From the human T2T-CHM13v2.0 reference genome, Homo sapiens, in the NCBI RefSeq assembly GCF_009914755.1, contig NC_060946.1: DNA of 64,000 nt. One strand, written 5' to 3'. The first letter of the stretch is position 1. The number at the start of each line of letters is the position of its first letter. The notes below the pieces were generated by a model, which did not search any database, was not told the DNA's origin, and was given only the letters and a program-made list of their open reading frames with translations. The position numbers and the translations under genes are program-made. Positions 26,201 to 39,900 of this stretch are shown here, piece after piece.

Positions 26201-27449
26201 AACTAGGTGGTGTAACCCTTGTCCAAGCTCTGCCTACATGGTCGTTTCCACATATCCCTGAACTGATGACAAAGGTGATGTAACTCTTGCCTAGGCTTTG
26301 CCTACAGGGAACATTGGACATATATCTGCACTGATCACCCAGGTGATGCAACTCTTGCCTAGGCTTTGCCTACAGGGGCATTGTGACATATCTCTTCAAT
26401 GATCACTCATGTGATGCATCTCTTGCCTAGGCTTTGCCTACAGGGGACATTGTGACATATCTCTGCACTGATCTCCCAGGTGCTGTAACTTTAGTCTAGG
26501 CTCTGGCTACACGGCATTGTGACCTACCTCTGCACTGATCACCCAGGTGATATAACTCTTCTCTAGGATCTGCCTACAGGGTACTTTGTGACATATACCT
26601 GCACTGATCACCCAGGTGATTTAACTCTGGTCTAAGCTCTGCCTAAAGGGGCATTGTGACAGATCTCTGCACTGATCACTCTGGTGATGTAAGTATTGTC
26701 TAGGCTCTGCTTCAAGGGGCCTTGTCACATATCTCTGCACTGATCACCCAGGTGAAGTAACTCTTGTCTAGGCTCTGCTTCCAGGGCATATTGTGACATA
26801 TCTATGCACTGATCACCTTAGTGATGTAACACTTTGGTAGGCTCGGCCTACAGGGGAATCTTGACATATCTCGGCACTGTTAACCGAGGTGATTTAACTC
26901 TTGTCTAGGCTGTGCCCACAGGGGGATTGAGACATATCTCTGCACTGATCCCGAGGTGATACAACTCTTGCCTGCTCTCTGCCTACTGTGGACATTGGGA
27001 CATATCTCTGCACTGATCTCCCAGGTGCTGTAACTTTAGTCTAGGCTCTGGCTACACGGCATTGTGACATATCACTGCACTGATCACCCAGGCGATATAA
27101 CTCTTCTCTAGGATCTGACCACAGGGTGCTTTGTGACATATCCCTGCAATGATCACCCAGGTGATATACCACTTGCCAAGGCTCTGCCTACAGGGGCATT
27201 GCAATGTATCTCTGCACTGATCACCTAGGTCTTGTAGCTATTTTCTAGGATCTGCCTACAGGGTGCTTTGTGACGTGTCCCAGCAAGGATTACCCAGGTG
27301 ATGTACCTCTCATCAAGGCTCTGCCTACAGGCACATTGTGATGTATCTCTGCACTGATCACCTCGGACATGTAACTTTTTTCTAGGCTCTACCTACGATG
27401 GCATTGTGACATATCTCTGCACTAATCATCCAAGTGATGTAACACTTGT
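2272..27449. repeat. HOR domain dominated by the 27-mer (1837-1838 bp): 12 x 27-mer, one 28-mer (4110-6014), one 18-mer (11527-12749)
   Basis: Landmarks at 2272, 4110, 6015, 7853, 9690, 11527, 12750, 14588, 16425, 18262, 20100, 21937, 23775, 25613, 27450. The 27-mers read CTACACGGCATTGTGACCTACCTCTG, lacking the GATCAACC monomer. Confidence 0.92.
11527..12749. repeat. 18-monomer deletion variant of the HOR (1223 bp)
   Basis: Landmark spacing 1223 = 18 x 68. Junction at 12029-12055 joins the CCAACGGGGC monomer directly to the CTGCTTCCAGGG monomer. Confidence 0.92.
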
Positions 27450-30400
27450 CTAGGATGTGCCTAAATTAACTTTTTGACATAACCCTGTACTGATCATCCA
27501 GGTGATGGAGCTTTTGTCTAGGCTCTGCCTAAGGGGGCATTGTGACATATTTCTGCATTGATCACCCAGGTGGCGAACTCTTCTCTCGGATCTGCCTATG
27601 GGGGCATTGTGAGAAATCTCTGCACTGATCACCCAGGTGATGTAACTGTTGTGTAACCTCTGCCTACAGGGGAATTGTGAGAGATCTCGTCACTGATTAC
27701 CCAAGTGATGTAACCATTGTCTAGGCTTTGCGTACAGGGGGCTTTGTGACATACCTTTGCACTGATCACCCAGGTGATGTAACACATCTAAGTTCGGCCT
27801 AAAGGAGCTTTGTGACATATCTCTGCACTGATCACTTAGGTGATGTAACACTTTTATAATCACTGCCTACAGGGAATTTTGACAAATCTCTGCACTGATC
27901 ACCTAGGTGATGTAACACTTGTCTCCCCTCTGTCCAACGGGGCATTGTGAAATATCTCTGCACTGATCACCCAAGTGATTCAACTCTTGACTAGGAACTG
28001 CCTACAGAGGTTATTGTGAAATATCTCTGCACTGATAAACTAGGTGGTGTAACCCTTGTCCAAGCTCTGCCTACAGGGGCGTTTCCACATATCCCTGAAC
28101 TGATGACAGAGGTGATGTAACTCTTGCCTAGGCTTTGCCTACAGGGAACATTGGACATATATCTGCACTGATCACCCAGGTGATGCAACTCTTGCCTAGG
28201 CTTTGCCTACAGGGAACATCGTGACATATCTCTTCAATGATCACTCATGTGATGCATCTCTTGCCTAGGCTTTGCCTACAGGGGACATTGTGACATATCT
28301 CTGCACTGATCTCCCAGGTGCTGTAACTTTAGTCTAGGCTCTGGCTACACGGCATTGTGACATATCACTGCACTGATCAACCAGGTGATATAACTCTTGT
28401 ATAGGCTCTGCCCACAGGGGGATTGTGACCTACCACTGCACTGATCACCCAGGTGATATAACTCTTCTCTAGGATCTGCCTACAGGGTACTTTGTGACAT
28501 ATCCCTGCACTGATCACCCAGGTGATCTAACTCTGGTCTAAGCTCTGCCTAAAGGGGCATTGTGACAGATCTCTGCACTGATCACTCTGGTGATGAAAGT
28601 TTTGTCTAGGCTCTGCTTCAAGGGGCCTTGTCACATATCTCTGCACTGATCACCCAGGTGATGTAACTCTTGTCTAGGCTCTGCTTCCAGGCCATATTGT
28701 GACATATCTATGCACTGATCACCTTAGTGATGTAACACTTTGGTAGGCTCGGCCTACAGGGGAATCTTGACATATCTCTGCACTGTTAACCGAGGTGATT
28801 TAACTCTTGTCTAGGCTGTGCCCACAGGGGGATTGAGACATATCTCTGCACTGATCCCGAGGTGATACAATTCTTGCCTGGTCTCTGCCTACTGTGGACA
28901 TTGGGACATATCGCTGCACTGATCTCCCAGGTGCTGTAACTTTAGTCTAGGCTCTGGCTACACGGCATTGTGACATATCACTGCACTGATCACCCAGGCG
29001 ATAAAACTCTTCTCTAGGATCTGACCACAGGGTGCTTTGTGACATATCCCTTCAATGATCACCCAGGTGATATACCACTTGCCAAGGCTCTGCCTACAGG
29101 GGCATTGCAATGTATCTCTGCACTGATCACCTAGGTCTTGTAGCTATTTTCTAGGATCTGCCTACAGGGTGCTTTGTGACGTGTCCCAGCAAGGATTACC
29201 CAGGTGATGTACCTCTCATCAAGGCTCTGCCTACAGGCACATTATGATGTATCTCTGCACTGATCACCTAGGTCATGTAAATTTTGTCTAGGCTCTACCT
29301 ACGATGGCATTGTGACATATCTCTGCAGTAATCATCCAAGTGATGTAACTCTTGTCTAGGATGTGCCTAAATTAACTTTTTGACATAACCCTGTACTGAT
29401 CATCCAGGTGATGGAGCTTTTGTCTAGGCTCTGCCTAAGGGGGCATTGTGACATATTTCTGCATTGATCCCCCAGATGGCGAACTCTTCTCTCGGATCTG
29501 CCTATGGGGGCATTGTGAGAAATCTCTGCACTGATCACCCAGGTGATGTAACTGTTGAGTAACCTCTGCCTACAGGGGAATTGTGAGAGATCTCGTCACT
29601 GATTACACAAGTGATGTAACCGTTGTCTAGGCTTTGCGTACAAGGGGCTTTGTGACATACCTTTGCACTGATCACCCAGGTGATGTAACACATCTAAGTT
29701 CGGCCTAAAGGAGCTTTGTGACATATCTCTGCACTGATCACTTAGGTGATGTAACACTTTTATAATCACTGCCTACAGGGAATTTTGACAAATCTCTGCA
29801 CTGATCACCTAGGTGATGTAACTCTTGTCTACCCCCTGTCCAACAGGGCATTGTGAAATATCTCCGCACTGATCACCCAGGTGATTCAACTCTTGAATAG
29901 GAACTGCCTACAGAGGTTATTGTGAAATATCTCTGCACTGATAAACTAGGTGGTGTAACCGTTGTCCAAGCTCTGCCTACAGGGGCGTTTCCACATATCC
30001 CTGAACTGATGACAAAGGTGATGTAACCCTTGCCTAGGCTTTGCCTAGAGGGAACATTGGACATATATCTGCACAGATCACCCAGGTGATGCAACTCTTG
30101 CCTAGGCTTTGCCTACAGGGGACATTGTGACATATCTCTTCAATGATCACTCATGTGATGCATCTCTTGCCTAGGCTTTGCCTACAGGGGACATTGTGAC
30201 ATATCTCTGCACTGATCTCCCAGGTGCTGTAACTTTAGTCTAGGCTCTGGCTACACGGCATTGTGACATATCACTGCACTGATCAACCAGGTGATATAAC
30301 TCTTGTATAGGCTCTGCGTACAGGGGGATTGTGACCTACCTCTGCACTGATCACCCAGGTGATATAACTCTTCTCTAGGATCTTCCTACAGGGTACTTTG

Positions 30401-33400
30401 TGACATATCCCTGCACTGATGACCCAGGTGATCTATCTCTGGTCTAAGCTCTGCCTAAAGGGGCATTGTGACAGATCTCTGCACTGATCACTCAGGTGAT
30501 GTAAGTATTGTCTAGGCTCTGCTTCAAGGGGCCTTGTCACATATCTCTGCACTGATCACCCAGGTGATGTAACTCTTGTCTAGGCTCTGCTTCCAGGGCA
30601 TATTGTGACATATCTATGCACTGATCACCTTAGTGATGTAACACTTTGGTAGGCTCGGCCTACAGGGGAATCTTGACATATCTCTGCACTGTTAACCGAG
30701 GTGATTTAACTCTTGTCTAGGCTGTGCCCACAGGGGGATTGAGACATATCTCTGCACTGATCCCGAGGTGATACAACTCTTGCCTGGTCTCTGCCTACTG
30801 TGGACATTGTGACATATCTCTGCACTGATCTCCCAGGTGCTGTAACTTTAGTCTAGGCTCTGGCTACACGGCATTGTGACATATCACTGCACTGATCACA
30901 CAGGCGATATAACTCTTCTCTAGGATCTGACCACAGGGTGCTTTGTGACATATCCCTGCAATGATCACCCAGGTTATATACCACTTGCCAAGGCTCTGCC
31001 TACAGGGGCATTGCAATGTATCTCTGCACTGATCACCTAGGTCTTGTAGCTATTTTCTAGGATCTGCCTACAGGGTGCTTTGTGATGAGTTCCAGCAAGG
31101 ATTACCCAGGTGATGTACCTCTCATCAAGGCTCTGCCTACAGGCACATTGTGATGTATCTCTGCACTGATCACCTAGGTCATGTAACTATTTTCTAGGCT
31201 CTACCTACGATGGCATTGTGACATATCTCTGCACTAATCATCCAAGTGATGTAACTCTTGTCTAGGATGTGCCTAAATTAACTTTTTGACATAACCCTGT
31301 ACTGATCATCCAGGTGATGGAGCTTTTGTCTAGGCTCTGCCTAAGGGGGCATTGTGACATATTTCTGCATTGATCACCCAGGTGGCGAACTCTTCTCTCG
31401 GATCTGCCTATGGGGACATTGTGAGAAATCTCTGCACTGATCACCCAGGTGATCTAACAGTTGTGTAACCTCTGCCTACAGGGGAACTGTGAGAGATCTC
31501 GTCACTGATTACCCAAGTGATGTAACCGTTCTCTAGGCTTTGCATACAGTGGGCTTTGTGACATACCTTTGCACTGATCACCCAGGTGATGTAACACATC
31601 TAAGTTCGGCCTAAAGGAGCTTTGTGACATATCTCTGCACTGATCACTTAGGTGATGTAACACTTTTATAATCACTGCCTACAGGGAATTTTGACAAATC
31701 TCTGCACTGATCACCTAGGTGATGTAACTCTTGTCTACCCTCTGTCCAACGGGGCATTGTGAAATATCTCTGCACTGATCACCCAGGTGATTCAACTCTT
31801 GACTAGGAACTGCCTACAGAGGTTATTGTGAAATATCTCTGCACTGATAAACTAGGTGGTGTAACCCTTGTCCAAGCTCTGCCTACAGGTGCGTTTCCAC
31901 ATATCCCTGAATTGATGACAGAGGTGATGTAACTCTTGCCTAGGCTTTGCCTACAGGGAACATTGGACATATATCTGCACTGATCACCCAGGTGATGCAA
32001 CTCTTGCCTAGGCTTTGCCTACAGGGGACATTGTGACATATCTCTTCAATGATCACTCATGTGATGCATCTCTTGCCTAGGCTTTGCCTACAGGGATATT
32101 GTGACATATCTCTGCACTGATCTCCCAGGTGCTGTAACTTTAGTCTAGGCTCTGGCTACACGGCATTGTGACATATCACTGCACTAATCAACCAGGTGAT
32201 ATAACTCTTGTATAGGCTCTGCGTACAGGGGGATTGTGACCTACCTCTGCACTGATCACCCAGGTGATATAACTCTTCTCTAGGATCTTCCTACAGGGTA
32301 CTTTGTGACATATCCCTGCACTGATCACCCAGGTGATCTATCTCTGATCTAAGCTCTGCCTAAAGGGGCATTGTGACAGATCTCTGCACTGATCACTCTG
32401 GTGATGTAAGTATTTTCTAGGCTCTGCTTCAAGGGGCCTTGTCACATATCTCTGCACTGATCACCCAGGTGATGTAACTCTTGTCTAGGCTCTGCTTCCA
32501 GGGCATATTGTGACATATCTATGCACTGATAACCTTAGTGATGTAACACTTTGGTAGGCTCGGCCTACAGGGGAATCTTGACAAATCTCTGCACTGTTAA
32601 CCGAGGTGATTTAACTCTTGTCTAGGCTGTGCCCACAGGGGGATTGAGACATATCTCTGCACTGATCCCGAGGTGATACAACTCTTGCCTGGTCTCTGCC
32701 TACTGTGGACATTGTGACATATCTCTGCACTGATCTCCCAGGTGCTGTAACTTTAGTCTAGGCTCTGGCTACACGGCATTGTGACATATAACTGCACTGA
32801 TCACCCAGGCGATATAACTCTTCTCTAGGATCTGACCACAGGGTGCTTTGTGACATATCCCTGCAATGATCAACCAGGTGATATACCACTTGCCAAGGCT
32901 CTGCCTACAGGGGTATTGCAATGTATCTCTGCACTGATCACCTAGGTCTTGTAGCTATTTTCTAGGATCTGCCTACAGGGTGCTTTGTGAGGTGTCCCAG
33001 CAAGGATTACCCAGGTGATGTACCTCTCATCAAGGCTCTGCCTACAGGCACATTGTGATGTATCTCTGCACTGATCACCTAGGTCATGTAACTATTTTCT
33101 AGGCTCTACCTACGATGGCATTGTGACATATCTCTGCACTAATCATCCAAGTGATGTAACTCTTGTCTAGGATGTGCCTAAATTAACTTTTTGACATAAC
33201 CCTGTACTGATCATCCAGGTGATGGAGCTTTTGTCTAGGCTCTGCCTAAGGGGGCATTGTGACATATTTCTGCATTGATCACCCAGGTGGCGAACTCTTC
33301 TCTCGGATCTGCCTATGGGGGCATTGTGAGAAATCTCTGCACTGATCACCCAGGTGATGTAACTGTTGTGTAACCTCTGCCTACAGGGGAACTGTGAGAG

Positions 33401-35070
33401 ATCTCGTCACTGATTACCCAAGTGATGTAACCGTTCTCTAGGCTTTGCATACAGGGGGCTTTGTGACATACCTTTGCACTGATCACCCAGGTGATGTAAC
33501 ACATCTAAGTTCGGCCTAAAGGAGCTTTGTGACTTATCTCTCCACTGATCACTTAGGTGATGTAACACTTTTATAATCACTGCCTACAGGGAATTTTGAC
33601 AAATCTCTGCACTGATCACCTAGGTGATGTAACTCTTGTCTACCCTCTGTCCAACGGGGCATTGTGAAATATCTCTGCACTGATCACCCAGGTGATTCAA
33701 CTCTTGACTAGGAACTGCCTACAGAGGTTATTGTGAAATATCTCTGCACTGATAAACTAGGTGGTGTAACCCTTGTCCAAGCTCTGCCTACAGGGGCGTT
33801 TCCACATATCCCTGAACTGATGACAGAGGTGATGTAACTCTTGCCTAGGCTTTGCCTACAGGGAACATTGGACATATATCTGCACTGATCACCCAGGTGA
33901 TGCAACTATTGCCTAGGCTTTGCCTACAGGGGCATTGTGACATATCTCTTCAATGATCACTCATGTGATGCATCTCTTGCCTAGGCTTTGCCTACAGGGA
34001 TATTGTGACATATCTCTGCACTGATCTCCCAGGTGCTGTAACTTTAGTCTAGGCTCTGGCTACACGGCATTGTGACATATCACTGCACTAATCAACCAGG
34101 TGATATAACTCTTGTATAGGCTCTGCGTACAGGGGGATTGTGACCTACCTCTGCACTGATCACCCAGGTGATATAACTCTTCTCTAGGATCTTCCTACAG
34201 GGTACTTTGTGACATATCCCTGCACTGATCACCCAGGTGATCTATCTCTGGTCTAAGCTCTGCCTAAAGGGGCATTGTGACAGATCTCTGCACTGATCAC
34301 TCTGGTGATGTAAGTATTTTCTAGGCTCTGCTTCAAGGGGCCTTGTCACATATCTCTGCACTGATAACCCAGGTGATGTAACTCTTGTCTAGGCTCTGCT
34401 TCCAGGGCATATTGTGACATATCTATGCACTGATCACCTTAGTGATGTAACACTTTGGTAGGCTCGGCCTACAGGGGAATCTTGACATATCTCTGCACTG
34501 TTAACCGAGGTGATTTAACTCTTCTCTAGGCTGTGCCCACAGGGGGATTGAGACATATCTCTGCCCTGATCCCGAGGTGATACAACTCTTGCCTGGTCTC
34601 TGCCTACTGTGGACATTGTGACATATCTCTGCACTGATCTCCCAGGTGCTGTAACTTTAGTCTAGGCTCTGGCTACACGGCATTGTGACATATCACTGCA
34701 CTGATCACCCAGGCGATATAACACTTCTCCAGGATCTGACCACAGGGTGCTTTGTGACATATCCCTGCAATGATCACCCAGGTGATATACCACTTGCCAA
34801 GGCTCTGCCTACAGGGGCATTGCAATGTATCTCTGCACTGATCACCTAGGTCTTGTAGCTATTTTCTAGGATCTGCCTACAGGGTGCTTTGTGACGTGTC
34901 CCAGCAAGGATTACCCAGGTGATGTACCTCTCATCAAGGCTCTGCCAACAGGCACATTGTGATGTATCTCTGCACTGATCACCTAGGTCATGTAAATTTT
35001 GTCTAGGCTCTACCTACGATGGCATTGTGACATATCTCTGCACTAATCATCCAAGTGATGTAACTCTTGT

Positions 35071-36907
35071 CTAGGATGTGCCTAAATTAACTTTTTGACA
35101 TAACCCTGTACTGATCATCCAGGTGATGGAGCTTTTGTCTAGGCTCTGCCTAAGGGGGCATTGTGACATATTTCTGCATTGATCACCCAGGTGGCGAACT
35201 CTTCTCTCGGATCTGCCTATGGGGGCATTGTGAGAAATCTCTGCACTGATAACCCAGGTGATGTAACTGTTGTGTAAGCTCTGCCTACAGGGGAATTGTG
35301 AGAGATCTCGTCACTGATTACCCAAGTGATGTAACCGTTGTCTAGGCTTTGCATACAGGGGGCTTTGTGACATACCTTTGCACTGATCACCCAGGTGATG
35401 TAACACATCTAAGTTCGGCCTAAAGGAGCTTTGTGACATATCTCTGTACTGATCACTTAGGTGATATAACACTTTTATAATCACTTCCTACAGGGAATTT
35501 TGACAAATCTCTGCTCTGATCACCTAGGTGATGTAACACTTGTCTCCCCTCTGTCCAACGGGGCATTGTGAAATATCTCTGCACTGATCACCCAGGTGAT
35601 TCAACTCTTGACTAGGAACTGCCTACAGAGGTTATTGTGAAATATCTCTGCACTGATAAACTAGGTGGTGTAACCCTTGTCCAAGCTCTGCCTACAGGGG
35701 CGTTTCCACATATCCCTGAACTGATGACAGAGGTGATGTAACTCTTGCCTAGGCTTTGCCTACAGGGAACATTGGACATGTATCTGCACTGATCACCCAG
35801 GTGATGCAACTCTTGCCTAGGCTTTGCCTACAGGGGACATTGTGACATATCTCTGCACTGATCTCCCAGGTGCTGTAACTTTAGTCTAGGCTCTGGCTAC
35901 ACGGCATTGTGACATATCACTGCACTTATCAACCAGGTGATATAACTCTTGTATAGGCTCTGCCTACAGGGGGATTGTGACCTACCACTGCACTGATCAC
36001 CCAGGTGATATAACTCTTCTCTAGGATCTGCCTACAGGGTACTTTGTGACATATCCCTGCACTGATCACCCAGGTGATCTAACTCTGGTCTAAGCTCTGC
36101 CTAAAGGGGCATTGTGACAGATCTCTGCACTGATCACTCTGGTGATGAAAGTTTTGTCTAGGCTCTGCTTCAAGGGGCCTTGTCACATATCTCTGCACTG
36201 ATCACCCAGGTGATGTAACTCTTGTCTAGGCTCTGCTTCCAGGGCATATTGTGACATATCTATGCACTGATCACCTTAGTGATGTAACACTTTGGTAGGC
36301 TCGGCCTACAGGGGAATCTTGACATATCTCTGCACTGTTAACCGAGGTGATTTAACTCTTGTCTAGGCTGTGCCCACAGGGGGATTGAGACATATCTCTG
36401 CACTGATCCCGAGGTGATACAATTCTTGCCTGGTCTCTGCCTACTGTGGACATTGGGACATATCGCTACACTGATCTCCCAGGTGCTGTAACTTTAGTCT
36501 AGGCTCTGGCTACACGGCATTGTGACATATCACTGCACTGATCACCCAGGCGATATAACTCTTCTCTAGGATCTAACCACAGGGTGCTTTGTGACATATC
36601 CCTGCAATGATCACCCAGGTGATATACCACTTGCCAAGGCTCTGCCTACAGGGGCATTGCAATGTATCTCTGCACTGATCACCTAGGTCTTGTAGCTATT
36701 TTCTAGGATCTGCCTACAGGGTGCTTTGTGACGTGTCCCAGCAAGGATTACCCAGGTGATGTACCTCTCATCAAGGCTCTGCCTACAGGCACATTGTGAT
36801 GTATCTCTGCACTGATCACCTAGGTCATGTAAATTTTGTCTAGGCTCTACCTACGATGGCATTGTGACATATCTCTGCACTAATCATCCAAGTGATGTAA
36901 CTCTTGT
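35071..36907. repeat. Second, independent 27-mer HOR variant (1837 bp), lacking the 69-bp GATCACTCATGTGATGCATC monomer
   Basis: At 35791-35870 the GTGATGCAAC monomer runs straight into GATCTCCCAGG, while the ATCAACC monomer is retained at ~35928. Confidence 0.9.
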
Positions 36908-39900
36908 CTAGGATGTGCCTAAATTAACTTTTTGACATAACCCTGTACTGATCATCCAGGTGATGGAGCTTTTGTCTAGGCTCTGCCTAAGGGGGCATTG
37001 TGACATATTTCTGCATTGATCACCCAGGTGGCGAACTCTTCTCTCGGATCTGCCTATGGGGGCATTGTGAGAAATCTCTGCACTGATAACCCAGGTGATG
37101 TAACAGTTGTGTAAGCTCTGCCTACAGGGGAATTGTGAGAGATCTCGTCACTGATTACCCAAGTGATGTAACCGTTGTCTAGGCTTTGCATACAGGGGGC
37201 TTTGTGACATACCTTTGCACTGATCACCCAGGTGATGTAACACATCTAAGTTCGGCCTAAAGGAGCTTTGTGACATATCTCTGTACTGATCACTTAGGTG
37301 ATATAACACTTTTATAATCACTTCCTACAGGGAATTTTGACAAATCTCTGCTCTGATCACCTAGGTGATGTAACACTTGTCTCCCCTCTGTCCAACGGGG
37401 CATTGTGAAATATCTCTGCACTGTTCACCCAAGTGATTCAACTCTTGACTAGGAACTGCCTATAGAGGTTATTGTGAAATATCTCTGCACTGATAAACTA
37501 GGTGGTGTAACCCTTGTCCAAGCTCTGCCTACAGGGGCGTTTCCACATATCCCTGAACTGATGACAGAGGTGATGTAACTCTTGCCTAGGCTTTGCCTAC
37601 AGGGAACATTGGACATATATCTGCACTGATCACCCAGGTGATGCAACTCTTGCCTAGGCTTTGCCTACAGGGGACATTGTGACATATCTCTTCAATGATC
37701 ACTCATGTGATGCATCTCTTGCCTAGGCTTTGCCTACAGGGATATTGTGACATATCTCTGCACTGATCTCCCAGGTGCTGTAACTTTAGTCTAGGCTCTG
37801 GCTACACGGCATTGTGACATATCAGTGCACTAATCAACCAGGTGATATAACTCTTGTATAGGTTCTGCGTACAGGGGGATTGTGACCTACCTCTGCACTG
37901 ATCACCCAGGTGATATAACTCTTCTCTAGGATCTTCCTACAGGGTACTTTGTGACATATCCCTGCACTGATCACCCAGGTGATCTATCTCTGGTCTAAGC
38001 TCTGCCTAAAGGGGCATTGTGACAGATCTCTGCAATGATCACTCTGGTGATGTAAGTATTTTCTAGGCTCTGCTTCAAGGGGCCTTGTCACATATCTCTG
38101 CACTGATCACCCAGGTGATGTAACTCTTGTCTAGGCTCTGCTTCCAGGGCATATTGTGACATATCTATGCACTGATCACCTTAGTGATGTAACATTTTGG
38201 TAGGCTCGGCCTACAGGGGAATCTTGACATATCTCTGCACTGTTAACCGAGGTGATTTAACTCTTCTCTAGGCTGTGCCCACAGGGGGATTGAGACATAT
38301 CTCTGCCCTGAACCCGAGGTGATACAACTCTTGCCTGGTCTCTGCCTACTGTGGACATTGTGACATATCTCTGCACTGATCTCCCAGGTGCTGTAACTTT
38401 AGTCTAGGCTCTGGCTACACGGCATTGTGACATATCACTGCACTGATCACCCAGGCGATATAACACTTCTCCAGGATCTGACCACAGGGTGCTTTGTGAC
38501 ATATCCCTGCAATGATCACCCAGGTGATATACCACTTGCCAAGGCTCTGCCTACAGGGGCATTGCAATGTATCTCTGCACTGATCACCTAGGTCTTGTAG
38601 CTATTTTCTAGGATCTGCCTACAGGGTGCTTTGTGACGTGTCCCAGCAAGGATTACCCAGGTGATGTACCTCTCATCAAGGCTCTGCCTACAGGCACATT
38701 GTGATGTATCTCTGCACTGATCACCTAGGTCATGTAACTATTTTCTAGGCTCTACCTACGATGGCATTGTGACATATCTCTGCACTAATCATCCAAGTGA
38801 TGTAACTCTTGTCTAGGATGTGCCTAAATTAACTTTTTGACATAACCCTGTACTGATCATCCAGGTGATGGAGCTTTTGTCTAGGCTCTGCCTAAGGGGG
38901 CATTGTGACATATTTCTGCATTGATCACCCAGGTGGCGAACTCTTCTCTCGGATCTGCCTATGGGGGCATTGTGAGAAATCTCTGCACTGATAACCCAGG
39001 TGATGTAACTGTTGTGTAACCTCTGCCTACAGGGGAACTGTGAGAGATCTCGTCACTGATTACCCAAGTGATGTAACCGTTGTCTAGGCTTTGCATACAG
39101 GGGGCTTTGTGACATACCTTTGCACTGATCACCCAGGTGATGTAACACATCTAAGTTCGGCCTAAAGGAGCTTTGTGACATATCTCTGCAGTGATCACTT
39201 AGGTGATGTAACACTTTTATAATCACTGCCTACAGGGAATTTTGACAAATCTCTGCACTGATCACCTAGGTGATGTAACTCTTGTCTACCCTCTGTCCAA
39301 CGGGGCATTGTGAAATATCTCTGCACTGATCACCCAGGTGATTCAACTCTTGACTAGGAACTGCCTACAGAGGTTATTGTGAAATATCTCTGCACTGATA
39401 AACTAGGTGGTGTAACCCTTGTCCAAGCTCTGCCTACTGGGGCGTTTCCACATATCCCTGAACTGATGACCGAGGTGATGTAACTCTTGCCTAGGCTTTG
39501 CCTACAGGGAACATTGGACATATATCTGCACTGATCACCCAGGTGATGCAACTCTTGCCTAGGCTTTGCCTACAGGGGACATTGTGACATATCTCTTCAA
39601 TGATAAATCATGTGATGCATCTCTTGCCTAGGCTTTGCCTACAGGGGACATTGTGACATATCTCTGCACTGATCTCCCAGGTGCTTTAACTTTAGTCTAG
39701 GCTCTGTCTACACGGCATTGTGACATATCACTGCACTGATCAACCAGGTGATATAACTCTTGTATAGGCTCTGCCTACAGGGGGATTGTGACCTACCTCT
39801 GCACTGATCACCCAGGTGATATAACTCTTCTCTAGGATCTTCCTACAGTGTACTTTGTGACATATCCCTGCACTGATCACCCAGGTGATCTATCTCTGGT

